Shown: positions 9,762 to 20,168, numbered from the stretch's first letter. The stretch is DNA of 64,000 bases from an uncultured Gemmatimonadales bacterium (GCA_963825055.1 CAWGSK010000017.1:1-64000), one strand, 5' to 3'. Notes: generated from the letters alone by a model not told the origin. Program-made: numbers and translations.

Positions 9762-10403
9762 CTACCGTGTCGCGAGGGACGGATTCTGGAGATAGGTCAG
9801 GATGAGCCTGGTCTGCTCGCCGCTCGGCCGACTGACGTTCATGCGCTCCATGTTGCGTTCCATACGCATGAATACGGTCAGCCAGTCCTGGGGCGAGTGA
9901 ATCCGGGGGTCCGGAAGCGAGTGGCAACGGCTGCAGATCATCGCGAACTCCTGCCGCCCGGTGCCCGGGGGAAGGGAGGAGCCGCTGACCTGCAGGGCGT
10001 TCGAGGTCAGGTACTCCGCGATCTGCGCCCTGGCACCCTCATCAGGGACCTGGATGTGCATGGAGGGCGGCAGGCGATCCATGCGGAGCCACATCCGCCG
10101 CATGATGCTCGGCCAGTCTGTGGCGCTGTGCATGGTCGGTGATGGGAGATTATGGCACTGGGCGCAGTAGGTCGCGACAGCCTGGGCGCCTGGAGTGGTC
10201 GGTTCGGGAAGGTCGACGGCCGAGATTCCCGGTGGGGGAAGCGCAGTCTTCACCGTGGCGAGGAGCAACTGGTCGTTGGAATCGCCCTGGGCGGAGGCGG
10301 CTTCTGCCTGATCCGCGGGCGGTGTGGCGGGGTGGTCGCTCCTGCAACCGACACCCGCTGCGAGCACGGTCGCCACGAAGGCGAGCCGACTCATGCTGTT
10401 CAT
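9762..10403 (-). CDS. Diheme c-type cytochrome lipoprotein
   Basis: Two CXXCH motifs (CAQCH, CSRCH) in duplicated domains; lipobox-like AGVGC. Confidence 0.85.
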   Translation of the reverse strand: MNSMSRLAFVATVLAAGVGCRSDHPATPPADQAEAASAQGDSNDQLLLATVKTALPPPGISAVDLPEPTTPGAQAVATYCAQCHNLPSPTMHSATDWPSIMRRMWLRMDRLPPSMHIQVPDEGARAQIAEYLTSNALQVSGSSLPPGTGRQEFAMICSRCHSLPDPRIHSPQDWLTVFMRMERNMERMNVSRPSGEQTRLILTYLQNPSLATR

Positions 10404-10574
10404 GGTCCCTCCTGGACGGTCTCACCCTATCGCCGTCCAGGTGAAGCCAGCATGAAGTCGGTATGAAGGACCGGACGCGGCCTCAAGCCGGCAACGCCCC
10501 TTGTGGGGCGCACTGGCGGGTGAACCCTGACTACGGTGTGTGGCCGCCCCGCCGGCGGGATCGCAGCATCAGAC

Positions 10575-11492
10575 TCACTTCCGTTCCAGTGCCTTCCTGT
10601 CCCAACGGGCCAGATTCGCCGCCGCCTCGTACGTGCTCTGGAGGAATGCCATGAGGTCGGCATCCGGATCCGCGGCGCTCCGTACGGCCTCATAGGGCAG
10701 AATCCACTCGTGCATCTCCGGGTGGTAATACGCCGCGGCAGGCCGGACCTGCGCGACGGCACATCCGTCCGGCTCCGGGTAGGCGTAGGCATAGAATGCG
10801 GCGTCATCGACCGCTCCGCCACCGGGCCACCAGCCGGCGCTGATGCACGCGTGACTGTACGCCTCCCGGGTAACCCAGTCGGCGAGATTCGGGAACCCTC
10901 CGGGATGCTCGGGCGCCCGTTCTCCCGAGAATCGGGTACAGGCCAGGTCGAATGAGCCCCAGAAGAAATGGACGGGGCTGCACTTGCCGAGGAACTGCCC
11001 CCGGAAGCGGCGGAAGACGCGGTCGGCCTGGACCAGCACTTCCCAGCACCGCCGTGCGGCGTCGGCGTCGTAGTCCGCGTGGGTGGTGTCCTTCTCGAAC
11101 GGGATCACCTCAGGGAGTTCGACCGGGCGAGTCCAGATGCGTACCTCCACGCCCAGTCCACGGAGCGCTTCCATGACCGCGCTGTAGAAGTCGGCCACGG
11201 TGCGCGGCTCGAGGCCCACCCGGGCGGCCCGGCCGTCGCTGGTCTCGATCCGAAGCGCCTGATCCACGAAGTCGAAGATCATCTCCACCGCCCGGCCTTC
11301 GTACGGCATCGGCGAGGTGGTAAGCCCCCGCGCCGAGACGTAGAGCGGGACCTGCCACCAGTGGTTCTCCATGGGCGCAAGCGCCAGCCGGATTTTTCCA
11401 ACGACCTGGGTCCAGAGCTGGAGCGTATCCCGGGTGGCCTGCCACTCGCTGAACGGCAGTGCGGGCCAGGAGGTGGGGTGCGTCGTCGTCAT
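10575..11492 (-). CDS. DUF5996 family protein
   Basis: WPALP..W..TRDTLQLWTQVVGKIRL, NHWW, VHFFWGSFDLA, AAFYAYAYPEP. Confidence 0.85.
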   Translation of the reverse strand: MTTTHPTSWPALPFSEWQATRDTLQLWTQVVGKIRLALAPMENHWWQVPLYVSARGLTTSPMPYEGRAVEMIFDFVDQALRIETSDGRAARVGLEPRTVADFYSAVMEALRGLGVEVRIWTRPVELPEVIPFEKDTTHADYDADAARRCWEVLVQADRVFRRFRGQFLGKCSPVHFFWGSFDLACTRFSGERAPEHPGGFPNLADWVTREAYSHACISAGWWPGGGAVDDAAFYAYAYPEPDGCAVAQVRPAAAYYHPEMHEWILPYEAVRSAADPDADLMAFLQSTYEAAANLARWDRKALERK

Positions 11493-11493
11493 G

Positions 11494-11760
11494 CTAGTAC
11501 TCAACCATCATGTCGTCCGGGTAACAATACAGCCAGCGCTCCCCGGGCTCCGCCGACGCGATTACGGGGTGGCCGCTCGCGTGGGCGTGCTTGCTGGCGT
11601 GCCGGTTGGGGGAGCTGTCGCAGCACCGGGTGGTTCCACACTCCTGGCAGGTCCGCAGGTGCACCCAGCTGGCCCCGATCTTGACGCATTCCTCGCACTC
11701 GCGCCGTTCGGGGCCGCGGACGCTGGCGATGCTCTCGAGGTGGGAACAGACTCCGGGCAT
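11494..11760 (-). CDS. Stand-alone UBP-type zinc finger protein
   Basis: CSHL..CEEC..WVHLRTCQECG..CCDSSPNRHASKH..HPVI..EPGERWLYCY. Confidence 0.88.
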   Translation of the reverse strand: MPGVCSHLESIASVRGPERRECEECVKIGASWVHLRTCQECGTTRCCDSSPNRHASKHAHASGHPVIASAEPGERWLYCYPDDMMVEY

Positions 11761-11762
11761 CG

Positions 11763-12341
11763 TCAGTCCGCCGCGAAGCTGGAGCCGTCCTGCCCGTGCG
11801 CCTCCACAAACCAGAGCCACTGATCCACCCCGCGGGAGATCTCCGTCAGGATATCCGCGGAATCAGCATCCTCCAGTTCATTCATCTCCTCGATCCCCAC
11901 CCGTGCCGTGCGGCCGAAGGCGGCCAGCGCGTCGGCCAGCGCATTGACATGGTCGTGCCCCGCCGAAATCGTCAGGGGATAGTCGGCCAGCCCGGAGCGC
12001 TCGGCCACCACCCGCGCCGTCCCCTGCGCCGTCCCGCCGAGCTGGACGATGCGCTCCGCGATGAGGTCGATATAGTCCTGGACGGCCGCGTTGATCTCGT
12101 CGAACAGCTTGTGGAGCGCAATGAAACTGGGGCCCTTGACGTTCCAGTGGGCCTGCTTGCACTGCGTCTGGAGGTCAATGCAGTCCGCGAGGCGCTGGTT
12201 CAGCAGCTGGATGATCTCGACCCGGCTGGCTTCGGGGAGGTCGTTCCGGGTGGGGAACAGCTGGACTTCGTCAGGACGGGGCTCGCGTGAGCTGGAAACC
12301 TTCCCGGTTTGTCCGGCGCGGGTTGAAGTGGTCTGGGTCAT
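11763..12341 (-). CDS. dps: DNA protection during starvation protein Dps
   Basis: KQAHWNVKGPSFIALHKLFDE, DLIAERIVQLGG, LWFVEAH ferroxidase motifs. Confidence 0.95.
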   Translation of the reverse strand: MTQTTSTRAGQTGKVSSSREPRPDEVQLFPTRNDLPEASRVEIIQLLNQRLADCIDLQTQCKQAHWNVKGPSFIALHKLFDEINAAVQDYIDLIAERIVQLGGTAQGTARVVAERSGLADYPLTISAGHDHVNALADALAAFGRTARVGIEEMNELEDADSADILTEISRGVDQWLWFVEAHGQDGSSFAAD

Positions 12342-12538
12342 CTCGTACCTCAGTAAGGCGATTCAAAGGGAACCTGGTGAACAGGACCGCGGTCACGGAG
12401 GCATGGGCTGCCAGGGGCCTGATCCATGCCGTTGTATATTGCTACCCGTCGATTTGCGCAAGCAGCGTGACTCCTGAAGCCTGTACGGGACCGGTCGGCC
12501 CCGGACCGGCCGGTGACACCCTCGACGGGAGGCCGCCC

Positions 12539-13066
12539 CTGACCACCTCCATCCTCCTCATCCGCGCCCTGAACGTCGGGGGCAATCGCCTCAAGATGGC
12601 CGATCTCCGCGACCTCTGCGAGGAGGCCGGCATGCGGGAGCCCCGGACCCACCTGCAGACGGGGAACGTCATCTTCGAACAGAAGAAGGCCGACCGCCGC
12701 CACCTGCCGGCCCGGGTGGAACAGCTGATCCACGAGCGGCACGGGTTCAAGGTGTGGACGGTCGTCCGGACGGTGGAGGACCTTCGGGATGTCGTCGCGA
12801 AGAACCCGCTCGCGACCGGGGACCGCACGCCGAACCGCCTGGTGGTCATGTTTCTCGCGGAGCCCCCGGCCCCCGGCGCGCTCCGGGAACTGCGGGCGGC
12901 CCACGACGGACCCGAGGAGATGGCGCTCCACGGCGCCGACCTCTACCTCTACTATCCGAATGGCCAGGGGCGTTCGACGCTTACGAACGCCCTGATCGAA
13001 CGTCACCTCGGCGTGCGCGGCACGGCGCGGAACCTGAATACCGTGTCCGCCCTGGCGGCCATGTAG
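12539..13066 (+). CDS. DUF1697 family protein
   Basis: LLIRALNVGG..KMADLR..LQTGNVIF and GTARNLNTV. Apparent CTG start after GGGAGG. Confidence 0.82.
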   Translation: MTTSILLIRALNVGGNRLKMADLRDLCEEAGMREPRTHLQTGNVIFEQKKADRRHLPARVEQLIHERHGFKVWTVVRTVEDLRDVVAKNPLATGDRTPNRLVVMFLAEPPAPGALRELRAAHDGPEEMALHGADLYLYYPNGQGRSTLTNALIERHLGVRGTARNLNTVSALAAM

Positions 13067-13151
13067 TTGCGGAGTCGAGGGGGCAGGAGTTGTGCGGACG
13101 GGTGGTCGGGGTGGCCTACCGGTGCCGCTCCTCGCCGGGCATTTTCCAGCC

Positions 13152-15389
13152 ATGTCCGACCTTCGGGATAGGCTGGCCCGGCAGCTTGCCGGCCGCTACG
13201 AGCTCGGCGAGGAGCTCGGCCAGGGCGGCATGGCCCTGGTCTTCGACGCGCACGACCTGCGGCACGACCGCCCGGTGGCCGTCAAGGTCATGCGCCCCGA
13301 GATCACCGGATCCCGGGAACCCGAGCGCTTCCTCCGGGAAATCCGCACCCTGGCCCGGCTCACCCATCCCCACATCCTGCCGCTCCACGACAGCGGCGAG
13401 GGCGACGGCCTCCTCTACTACGTCATGCCCCGGGTGGGCGAGTCGCTGCGCCGGTGCATGGACCGGGAGAAGACACTCGCGGTACCGGTCGCGGTGGGCA
13501 TCGTGCGGGAGGTCGCTGCCGCCCTCTCCTTCGCCCACGAGCAGGACATTCTCCATCGCGACATCAAGCCCGAGAACATCCTGCTGCAGGCCGGGCACGC
13601 GCTCGTGGCCGACTTCGGCATCGCCCGGATGATTTCGGAGTGCTGCGAGATCACCGACCGCGGGGTCGTGGTCGGTACGCCGGCCTACATGAGCCCCGAG
13701 CAGGCGAGCGGCGACACGAACCTGGACGGTCGGAGCGACATCTACAGCCTGGCCTGCGTGCTCTTCGAGGCCCTCGCCGGCGAGCCGCCGTTCAGCGGGC
13801 CCAACGCGCAGGCCGTGATGGCCCGGCACGCCACCGCGCCGCCGCCGCCGGTCAGGTCGCTCCGCCCCGATGTGCCCGAGGAGGTGGCCCGGGCCCTGGC
13901 GCGCGCGCTTGCCAAGGAGCCGGCCCAGCGGTTCCAGTCGCCCGGGAGCTTCGCTGACGCCCTCGCCACGACGCCCGGACGCCACACCATGGCCGCGCCC
14001 GGAGTCCATCTGCGCCGCCGCGTGGCCGTCCTGCCCTTCGTCAACACGGGGGGTGACCCCGACAGCGAGTACTTCAGTGACGGCATGACCGACGAGCTGA
14101 TCACGGCGCTGGCCCAGGTCGAGGGCCTGGAGGTCGTGTCGCGGACGTCGGCCTTTGCTTTCAAGGGCGCCCGCGAGGACGTGCGCGCCATTGCGGCCCG
14201 GCTCGAGGCGGCGGCGGTGGTGGAAGGGACGGTCCGCCGCGCGGGCGAGCGCCTCCGCGTGACGGTCCAGCTGACCGACGGCATCACCGGACAGCTGCAG
14301 TGGTCGCAGCGCTATGACCGCACCATGGGCGATCTGTTCGACATGCAGGACACGATCGTCCGGTCCGTGGTGGGCGCGCTGCGCGCCGCCCTTGCCCCGG
14401 ACATCGGCCCCGCGGTAGCGCACCGCTACACCGATAATGTCGAAGCGTATGGCCACTACCTGCGCGGGCGTTTCCACTGGAACCTCCGCACTGCCAGTGC
14501 CCTGGTTGAAGCAATCCAGTGTTTCGAGAGCGCGATCGCGGCGGATCCCTCGTTCGCGCTGGCCTATACCGGACTGGCCGATGCCTACGCCCTCCAGATT
14601 GACTACCGTGTCGTGCCTGTGGAGGAGGGGCTGGCCCGGGCCCGCGCCATGGCCGAGCATGCACTGGCGCTGGACGACAGCCTGGCGGAAGCCCACACAT
14701 CGCTGGCCTGGGTGAAGTTCATCTACGACTGGGACTGGGAAGACGCCGAGCGGGAGTTTCGTCGCGCGATCGACCTGAATCCACGGTATGCGACGGCGCG
14801 GCAGTGGGCGGCGTGGCCGCTTCTGGTGCGGGGACGGCCCGACGAGGCGCTGGCCGAGGCGCAGATGGCCGCCGAACTCGATCCGGCGTCGGTCTCCATC
14901 CGGCGCTCCCTGGGATGGCTGTTGTACTACCTCCGTCGTTACGAGGAGGCGCTCGATCACCTTCGGCGGGCGCTGGACATGAACCCGACATCCGAGGAGA
15001 CGCTCCGGATCATGGGCCTCATCCTGCTCCAGCTGGGGCGTTTTGACGAGAGCGAGACGGCCCTGCGGCAGGCGGTCGCACTCTCACCCTCTCCTGACTA
15101 CGCGCTGGCCACGCTGGGGTACCTCAAGGGTCGCACCGGCGAACCAGAGCGCGCGCTCGAGATCCTCGAGTCGCTGGAGACGGAAGCCCGGAGCCGCTAC
15201 GTGTCACCGGTTGGCCTGACAGTCTTGCGCCTGGGACTCGGCGATACGGACGGCGCCTTCGCCGCACTGGAGCAGGCCTTCGGGGAACGGCGTGGCTGGA
15301 TGGCCTACCTCAGGGTCGAGCCGATGTTCGACCCGATCCGGGGCGATCCGCGCTTCGGGAACCTCGTGGGTCGGATGGGGCTGGGGTGA
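13152..15389 (+). CDS. Hanks-type Ser/Thr protein kinase with TolB-like and TPR domains
   Basis: GQGGMALV, VAVK, HRDIKPEN, DFG, YMSPE; VAVLPF..YFSDGMTDELI; TPR repeats. Confidence 0.93.
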   Translation: MSDLRDRLARQLAGRYELGEELGQGGMALVFDAHDLRHDRPVAVKVMRPEITGSREPERFLREIRTLARLTHPHILPLHDSGEGDGLLYYVMPRVGESLRRCMDREKTLAVPVAVGIVREVAAALSFAHEQDILHRDIKPENILLQAGHALVADFGIARMISECCEITDRGVVVGTPAYMSPEQASGDTNLDGRSDIYSLACVLFEALAGEPPFSGPNAQAVMARHATAPPPPVRSLRPDVPEEVARALARALAKEPAQRFQSPGSFADALATTPGRHTMAAPGVHLRRRVAVLPFVNTGGDPDSEYFSDGMTDELITALAQVEGLEVVSRTSAFAFKGAREDVRAIAARLEAAAVVEGTVRRAGERLRVTVQLTDGITGQLQWSQRYDRTMGDLFDMQDTIVRSVVGALRAALAPDIGPAVAHRYTDNVEAYGHYLRGRFHWNLRTASALVEAIQCFESAIAADPSFALAYTGLADAYALQIDYRVVPVEEGLARARAMAEHALALDDSLAEAHTSLAWVKFIYDWDWEDAEREFRRAIDLNPRYATARQWAAWPLLVRGRPDEALAEAQMAAELDPASVSIRRSLGWLLYYLRRYEEALDHLRRALDMNPTSEETLRIMGLILLQLGRFDESETALRQAVALSPSPDYALATLGYLKGRTGEPERALEILESLETEARSRYVSPVGLTVLRLGLGDTDGAFAALEQAFGERRGWMAYLRVEPMFDPIRGDPRFGNLVGRMGLG

Positions 15390-15548
15390 GGTCGAGGAAT
15401 CGAAGGGTCAGGAGGTCGAGGTGGCCTGGGTGTGATGGAGGGCCCCGCGCGGGGGAGTGTGGTGCCGTAGGTTCGGGGGATAGCCGGTGGGTGGGGTGGG
15501 GGAGGCGCCCGTGCCGCCGATCCCGTTCTCTCGACTGGATTGATTCTC

Positions 15549-16835
15549 ATGCCGAGCCGGGCCGTGACCACGTTGCTGAAGGCATGCCTGACCCTGCTCG
15601 TGGTGGCCGTGGTGGCGCTGCTGGCACTCAACCTCAAGGGCGGGGAGCACAAGATCCTTCACGAGATCCACACCGACTACGCGGTCGGCGATTCGCAGTT
15701 CACCCGTACCATGGGGTCACTGCTGGGACCTCCGCTTGCGGACGGCAACCGGATTGAGGCCCTGCAGAATGGCGATGAAATCTTCCCCGCCATGCTCGCG
15801 GCCATCCGCGGCGCGCGCTCGACGATCACCTTCGAGACCTACATCTACTGGTCCGGAACCGTGGGCCGGGAATTCGGCGATGCGCTCAGCGAACGCGCCC
15901 GGAGCGGCGTGGCCGTCCACGTCCTGCTCGACTGGGTGGGGGCGGGGAAGATGGACGACTCGATCCTGGAAGGGATGCGCCAGGCCGGCGTGGAGGTCGA
16001 GCAGTTCCATCCGCTCAAGTGGTACCACCTGGACCGCCTGAACCACCGGACGCACCGGAAGCTCCTGGTCGTGGATGGTCACGTCGGGTTCACCGGTGGC
16101 GTGGGAATCGCCGATCTCTGGCAGGGCCACGCCCAGGATCCTGACCACTGGCGGGACTCCCACTACCGCCTCGAGGGCCCCGCAGTGGCCCAGATGCAGG
16201 CGGCGTTCATGGACAACTGGACGAATACGACCGGGGCGGTGCTCCACGGGGCGCGGTACTTCCCGCCACTCGACTCCGCAGGCACCTCCCTGGCCCAGGT
16301 CTTCCACAGCTCCCCGACCAACGGCGGTGAGTCGGTGCGGCTGATGTACCTGCTGTCGATCGCGGCCGCGCGCCGCTACATCCGGATCGCGGCGTCCTAC
16401 TTCGTTCCGGACTCCCTGACCGTGGCGGCCCTCGTGAACGCGCGCCGCCGCGGCGTCGAGGTCGAGGTCGTCGTGCCAGGCCCGCACATCGACACGGATG
16501 TCGTCCAGGCCGCCTCCCGCTCCCGCTGGGGGCCGCTGCTCGAGGCCGGGGTGCGGATCTTCGAATACCAGCCGACGATGTTCCACTGCAAGGTGATGGT
16601 CGTCGATGGGCTGTGGACGTCGGTGGGGAGCACGAACTTCGACAACCGGTCCTTCCAGCTCAACGCCGAGGCGAACCTCAACGTGCTGGACCGTGACTTC
16701 GCGGAAGCCCAGGCACGGGTGTTCGAGGAGGACCGGGCGGGGGCAAGGGAAGTGACGCTGGAGATGTGGCGGCACCGGCCGTGGAAGGAACGGGCCAGCG
16801 ACTGGCTCGCCGGCCTGTTCCGCTCCCAACTGTAA
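15549..16835 (+). CDS. cls: Cardiolipin synthase (phospholipase D family)
   Basis: Two HKD motifs (HRKLLVVD, HCKVMVVD..GSTNFD); N-terminal TM helix. Confidence 0.9.
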   Translation: MPSRAVTTLLKACLTLLVVAVVALLALNLKGGEHKILHEIHTDYAVGDSQFTRTMGSLLGPPLADGNRIEALQNGDEIFPAMLAAIRGARSTITFETYIYWSGTVGREFGDALSERARSGVAVHVLLDWVGAGKMDDSILEGMRQAGVEVEQFHPLKWYHLDRLNHRTHRKLLVVDGHVGFTGGVGIADLWQGHAQDPDHWRDSHYRLEGPAVAQMQAAFMDNWTNTTGAVLHGARYFPPLDSAGTSLAQVFHSSPTNGGESVRLMYLLSIAAARRYIRIAASYFVPDSLTVAALVNARRRGVEVEVVVPGPHIDTDVVQAASRSRWGPLLEAGVRIFEYQPTMFHCKVMVVDGLWTSVGSTNFDNRSFQLNAEANLNVLDRDFAEAQARVFEEDRAGAREVTLEMWRHRPWKERASDWLAGLFRSQL

Positions 16836-16860
16836 TCCTGGGCAGCGAGGAGGCAGGAAC

Positions 16861-17754
16861 ATGAAGGCAGGGTTCATCGGGCTGGGCCGCATGGGCAGCG
16901 GTATGGCGGCCAGCCTCATCGAAGCCGGGCACGATATCACCGTGTGGAACCGGTCCCCGGAGGCCGCCCTGGCCCTCGGGAAAAAGGGCGCCAGGGTGGC
17001 CGCCACCGCAGCAGATGCCGCGGCGCAGGGCGTCCTCCTCAGCATGCTGGCGGACGACCAGGCCCTGTCGAGCGTGCTGGATGCAGGCGCCCTGGCGGCG
17101 CTGCCGCACGGCGGCGTTCACGTGAACCTTGCGACTGTGTCACTGCCGCTGACCCGCAGGCTGGTGGAGTTGCACCGGCACCGGGGCGTGGAGTACGTGG
17201 CGGCGCCGGTTTTCGGGCGGCCGGACATGGCCGCCGCCGGCAAGCTGCAGATCGTGGCGGCCGGCAGTCCCGCCATGCTCGAGCGCGTCCATCCGCTGCT
17301 CGAGGCCATGGCGCAGAGGGTGTGGCCGATGGGGGAGGATCCGGTGCGGGCGGGCGTGGTGAAGATCGCCGGGAACTTCATGCTTGCCTCCGCGATCGAG
17401 AGCATGGCGGAAGCCTCGGTGCTGACCCGGGCGCACGGGGTCGAAGCCTCCGACTTCCTGGAGATCATGACCAGCACGCTGTTCGCGGCTCCCGTGTACC
17501 AGGGCTACGGCGGGATGATCGCGGAGGAGCGCTACCCGCCTGGAGGGTTCAGCCTGGCGCTCGGGTTCAAGGACGTGGGCCTCGCGCTCGAGGCCGGCGA
17601 TGCAGCCCGGGTGCCGCTGCCGTTTGCCGGGGTGCTGCGGGAAGCAATGCTCGACGCGCTGGCGGCCGGTGACGGGGACATCGACTGGTCCGGCCTGGCG
17701 AAGGTGGCCGCCCGGCGCGCCCACCTGGACAGCGGCGCCGAGGGGCGTGACTAG
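16861..17754 (+). CDS. NAD(P)-dependent beta-hydroxyacid dehydrogenase family oxidoreductase
   Basis: GFIGLGRMG Rossmann motif, WNRS, APVFG, KIAGN, KDVGLA. Confidence 0.9.
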   Translation: MKAGFIGLGRMGSGMAASLIEAGHDITVWNRSPEAALALGKKGARVAATAADAAAQGVLLSMLADDQALSSVLDAGALAALPHGGVHVNLATVSLPLTRRLVELHRHRGVEYVAAPVFGRPDMAAAGKLQIVAAGSPAMLERVHPLLEAMAQRVWPMGEDPVRAGVVKIAGNFMLASAIESMAEASVLTRAHGVEASDFLEIMTSTLFAAPVYQGYGGMIAEERYPPGGFSLALGFKDVGLALEAGDAARVPLPFAGVLREAMLDALAAGDGDIDWSGLAKVAARRAHLDSGAEGRD

Positions 17755-20090
17755 AGCCGGAACAGATAGCTCAACTTCGCGAAGAAGCCGTCGGCCACAC
17801 GGTGCAGCCCGTCCTGGTTGTACGGGTTGGGTTCCTGCAGCGTGTTGCCGTACCCCAGGTACGCGACCGTGCCCGGCAGCGGCTGGTAGGACAGCAGCAC
17901 GTCCGCCCGGAAGGTCTTCGACGTGCTCACGCTGGTTCGCCCATAGGCACCGGTACCGGGATTCAACACGAGGATAGGCTCACCATTGCCGGACTCGTTT
18001 CGCAGGCTGTCGAGCTGCCGGAAATTGTATTCACCAACGAGGCGTACGAAGAACGCCCTGCTGACCTGGTACTCCAGCTTCAGCCGGGGCAGGTGCCGCA
18101 CTTCCACTGCGCTCCCGTCGCTCCGCCGGCCGACCCGCTGGAAGATGTAGCTCCCGGTGAGCCGGATGCGCTCGGTGGGGCGGAAGAGCAGGTTGCCCTG
18201 CGCGAAGATGAGGTTGGCGCTCGCCCACTCGAAGAAGTTCTCGTCGTGGCCCCAGAGGTAGAAACCGCTGGCCTGGAAGCCCGCGACCTGCGGCGTGGAG
18301 AAGTTGAGCACCCAGTCGAGATTGGGAATCCGCTCCCGCCCCACGAAGGGGATGGTATCCACACCACCGGCCCCCGCCGGGACCTCCAGCGCGTACCTGG
18401 TGTAGAGGTCAGGATCGTACCCGAAATCCTCCACCAGCACCGAGGCGCCGGCCCGCCAGCCGCCACGAAGTGACGAGCTCAGGTTGACGTGCAGTTTCCG
18501 GTCCTGGATCCCGTTCCCGTCCACGAAGTTCTGGTACTTCCAGGTGCCGTCGAGCTGGAAGTCGGTGGTGAAGCTTTCCAGGAGCACTCCTGGCCGCCCG
18601 AACACCGTGTAATTCTGGTCGAGGTTCGCATTGACGATGCCGGGGCGGCTGATGAAGCCGCTGCGCGAACGGAAGTCCTCGTCGATTGCGTTGATGGTGT
18701 ACCGCATCCGGAACGCCCGGCCGGTGCGGGTGAACCGTGCCATCCAGAGCGGGGCGGTGGTGGTGACCCCGCTTTCGCGGGTGCGGCTCGCCGCACCCTG
18801 GAACTGCAGGGCATAGATGCTGCCCAGGACCAGCCGCCCGTCGATGCCGGCGACACGATTGTAATCATCCCCCTCGAGCCGGTCGGTGTAGACCAGCCCC
18901 AGCCGTGACCCGCTGCCCAGGTCCCGCTGGATCCGGAGGATGTTGAACACGGGATGGTCGTCCGGGGTGCCCGACACGCCGGGGTCATCCACCGCCGAGA
19001 GGAAGCCGATGTCGCCGCCCAGCGCCTTGCCGGTCAGCTTCACGGCGGCCACCGGTTGAACGACCTGGCGCGTGTAGACGAGGGAGTTGGGCGTGTTGAA
19101 CTGCTCGAGCCCGTCGAGGAAGAAGGGTCGCTTCTCGGAAAAAAAGAGCGCCTGCCGTGGGTCAAAATTGAACTGGCCCGCATCGGACTCGACCTGCGAG
19201 AAGTCAGGGTTCGCAGTTCCGTTCAAGGTCAGGTTGTTGCGGATGCCCCAGCGCACCGTGCCGCCGACTTCGGGACGGTCGGTGTCATAGCGCCAGCCAT
19301 CGGCTCCGGGCCCGCCGGTCGCGCGGGCGGTGACTTCCGGCGTCACGTCCAGGACCAGGCCGCGCCTGAGGTCGGTGAGGCCGACCAGGTGGCCCGACTG
19401 GGCCAGGAACGACGCCCCGGAGCGCCGCGCGGGCGCCCACGTATCCTCGTAGCCGGAGTGCTGCACCTGCCGGACGATGTTGAGGCTCCACGTGGCGTTG
19501 TCCGCGCTCTGGTAGCGCAGGCTCTTGAAGGGGATCCGGATTTCCACCTCGTACCCATCCGGCACCAGCCGTCCCCGGGACTGGAAGACGTAATCCTGGC
19601 TCAGGTCCGTGGGCTCGCGCGCGGACTGGTTGCCGCCCGTAAAGCTCCCGCCGGACACCCGGCCGGTCTCGACGATGGCGCCGTCCGCCTGGACGCCGAG
19701 AGGATTCACCGCGAAGACGGTGGCCTGGCGTCCGTCGTTGAAGGTGCCGAGCAGGATCTGGATGTTGTCGTCGTTGAAAATCCGATCCCGGTCGGCCAGG
19801 GTCGCGCGGACCGCCCCGTGCGACTCAAAGGCCCGGATGCCGAAGTGGATAGCCGCAGGGGAATACCACACCAGTACCCGGGTGGAGTCCGCCGCGGGAA
19901 CGCCGTCCACCGGTGCAAACTGGGTGAACCCCCGCAGGACTGCGGCCTGCCGCCACACTTCCTCGTCCAGTACCCCGTCCACGACGATCTCGGCCTCGAT
20001 CCGCGGGGGCCGGACATCGGTGGTGGGAACCTGTGGCACCGGCACGCCCTGAGACGCGCCCTGGAGGGCAAGCAGAAGAACGGGCAGCAT
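17751..20090 (-). CDS. DUF5916 / CBM9-like domain outer-membrane protein
   Basis: IVVDGVLDEEVW, EIRIPFKSLRY, NPDFSQVESD, EKRPFFL, C-terminal KLSYLFRL beta-signal. Confidence 0.85.
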   Translation of the reverse strand: MLPVLLLALQGASQGVPVPQVPTTDVRPPRIEAEIVVDGVLDEEVWRQAAVLRGFTQFAPVDGVPAADSTRVLVWYSPAAIHFGIRAFESHGAVRATLADRDRIFNDDNIQILLGTFNDGRQATVFAVNPLGVQADGAIVETGRVSGGSFTGGNQSAREPTDLSQDYVFQSRGRLVPDGYEVEIRIPFKSLRYQSADNATWSLNIVRQVQHSGYEDTWAPARRSGASFLAQSGHLVGLTDLRRGLVLDVTPEVTARATGGPGADGWRYDTDRPEVGGTVRWGIRNNLTLNGTANPDFSQVESDAGQFNFDPRQALFFSEKRPFFLDGLEQFNTPNSLVYTRQVVQPVAAVKLTGKALGGDIGFLSAVDDPGVSGTPDDHPVFNILRIQRDLGSGSRLGLVYTDRLEGDDYNRVAGIDGRLVLGSIYALQFQGAASRTRESGVTTTAPLWMARFTRTGRAFRMRYTINAIDEDFRSRSGFISRPGIVNANLDQNYTVFGRPGVLLESFTTDFQLDGTWKYQNFVDGNGIQDRKLHVNLSSSLRGGWRAGASVLVEDFGYDPDLYTRYALEVPAGAGGVDTIPFVGRERIPNLDWVLNFSTPQVAGFQASGFYLWGHDENFFEWASANLIFAQGNLLFRPTERIRLTGSYIFQRVGRRSDGSAVEVRHLPRLKLEYQVSRAFFVRLVGEYNFRQLDSLRNESGNGEPILVLNPGTGAYGRTSVSTSKTFRADVLLSYQPLPGTVAYLGYGNTLQEPNPYNQDGLHRVADGFFAKLSYLFRL

Positions 20091-20168
20091 GAATGCGGAT
20101 TCCTCGCGGGAGGTTGTCCTGAGCCTACGGGCCGGGGTACGGGAGGGTTTCACCCCGTCCGCCAAGCC

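Noticed and set aside
15390..15510. G-rich intergenic tract (possible G-quadruplex or degenerate repeat arm)
   Set aside because: Periodicity too degenerate and G-runs are common at this GC content.
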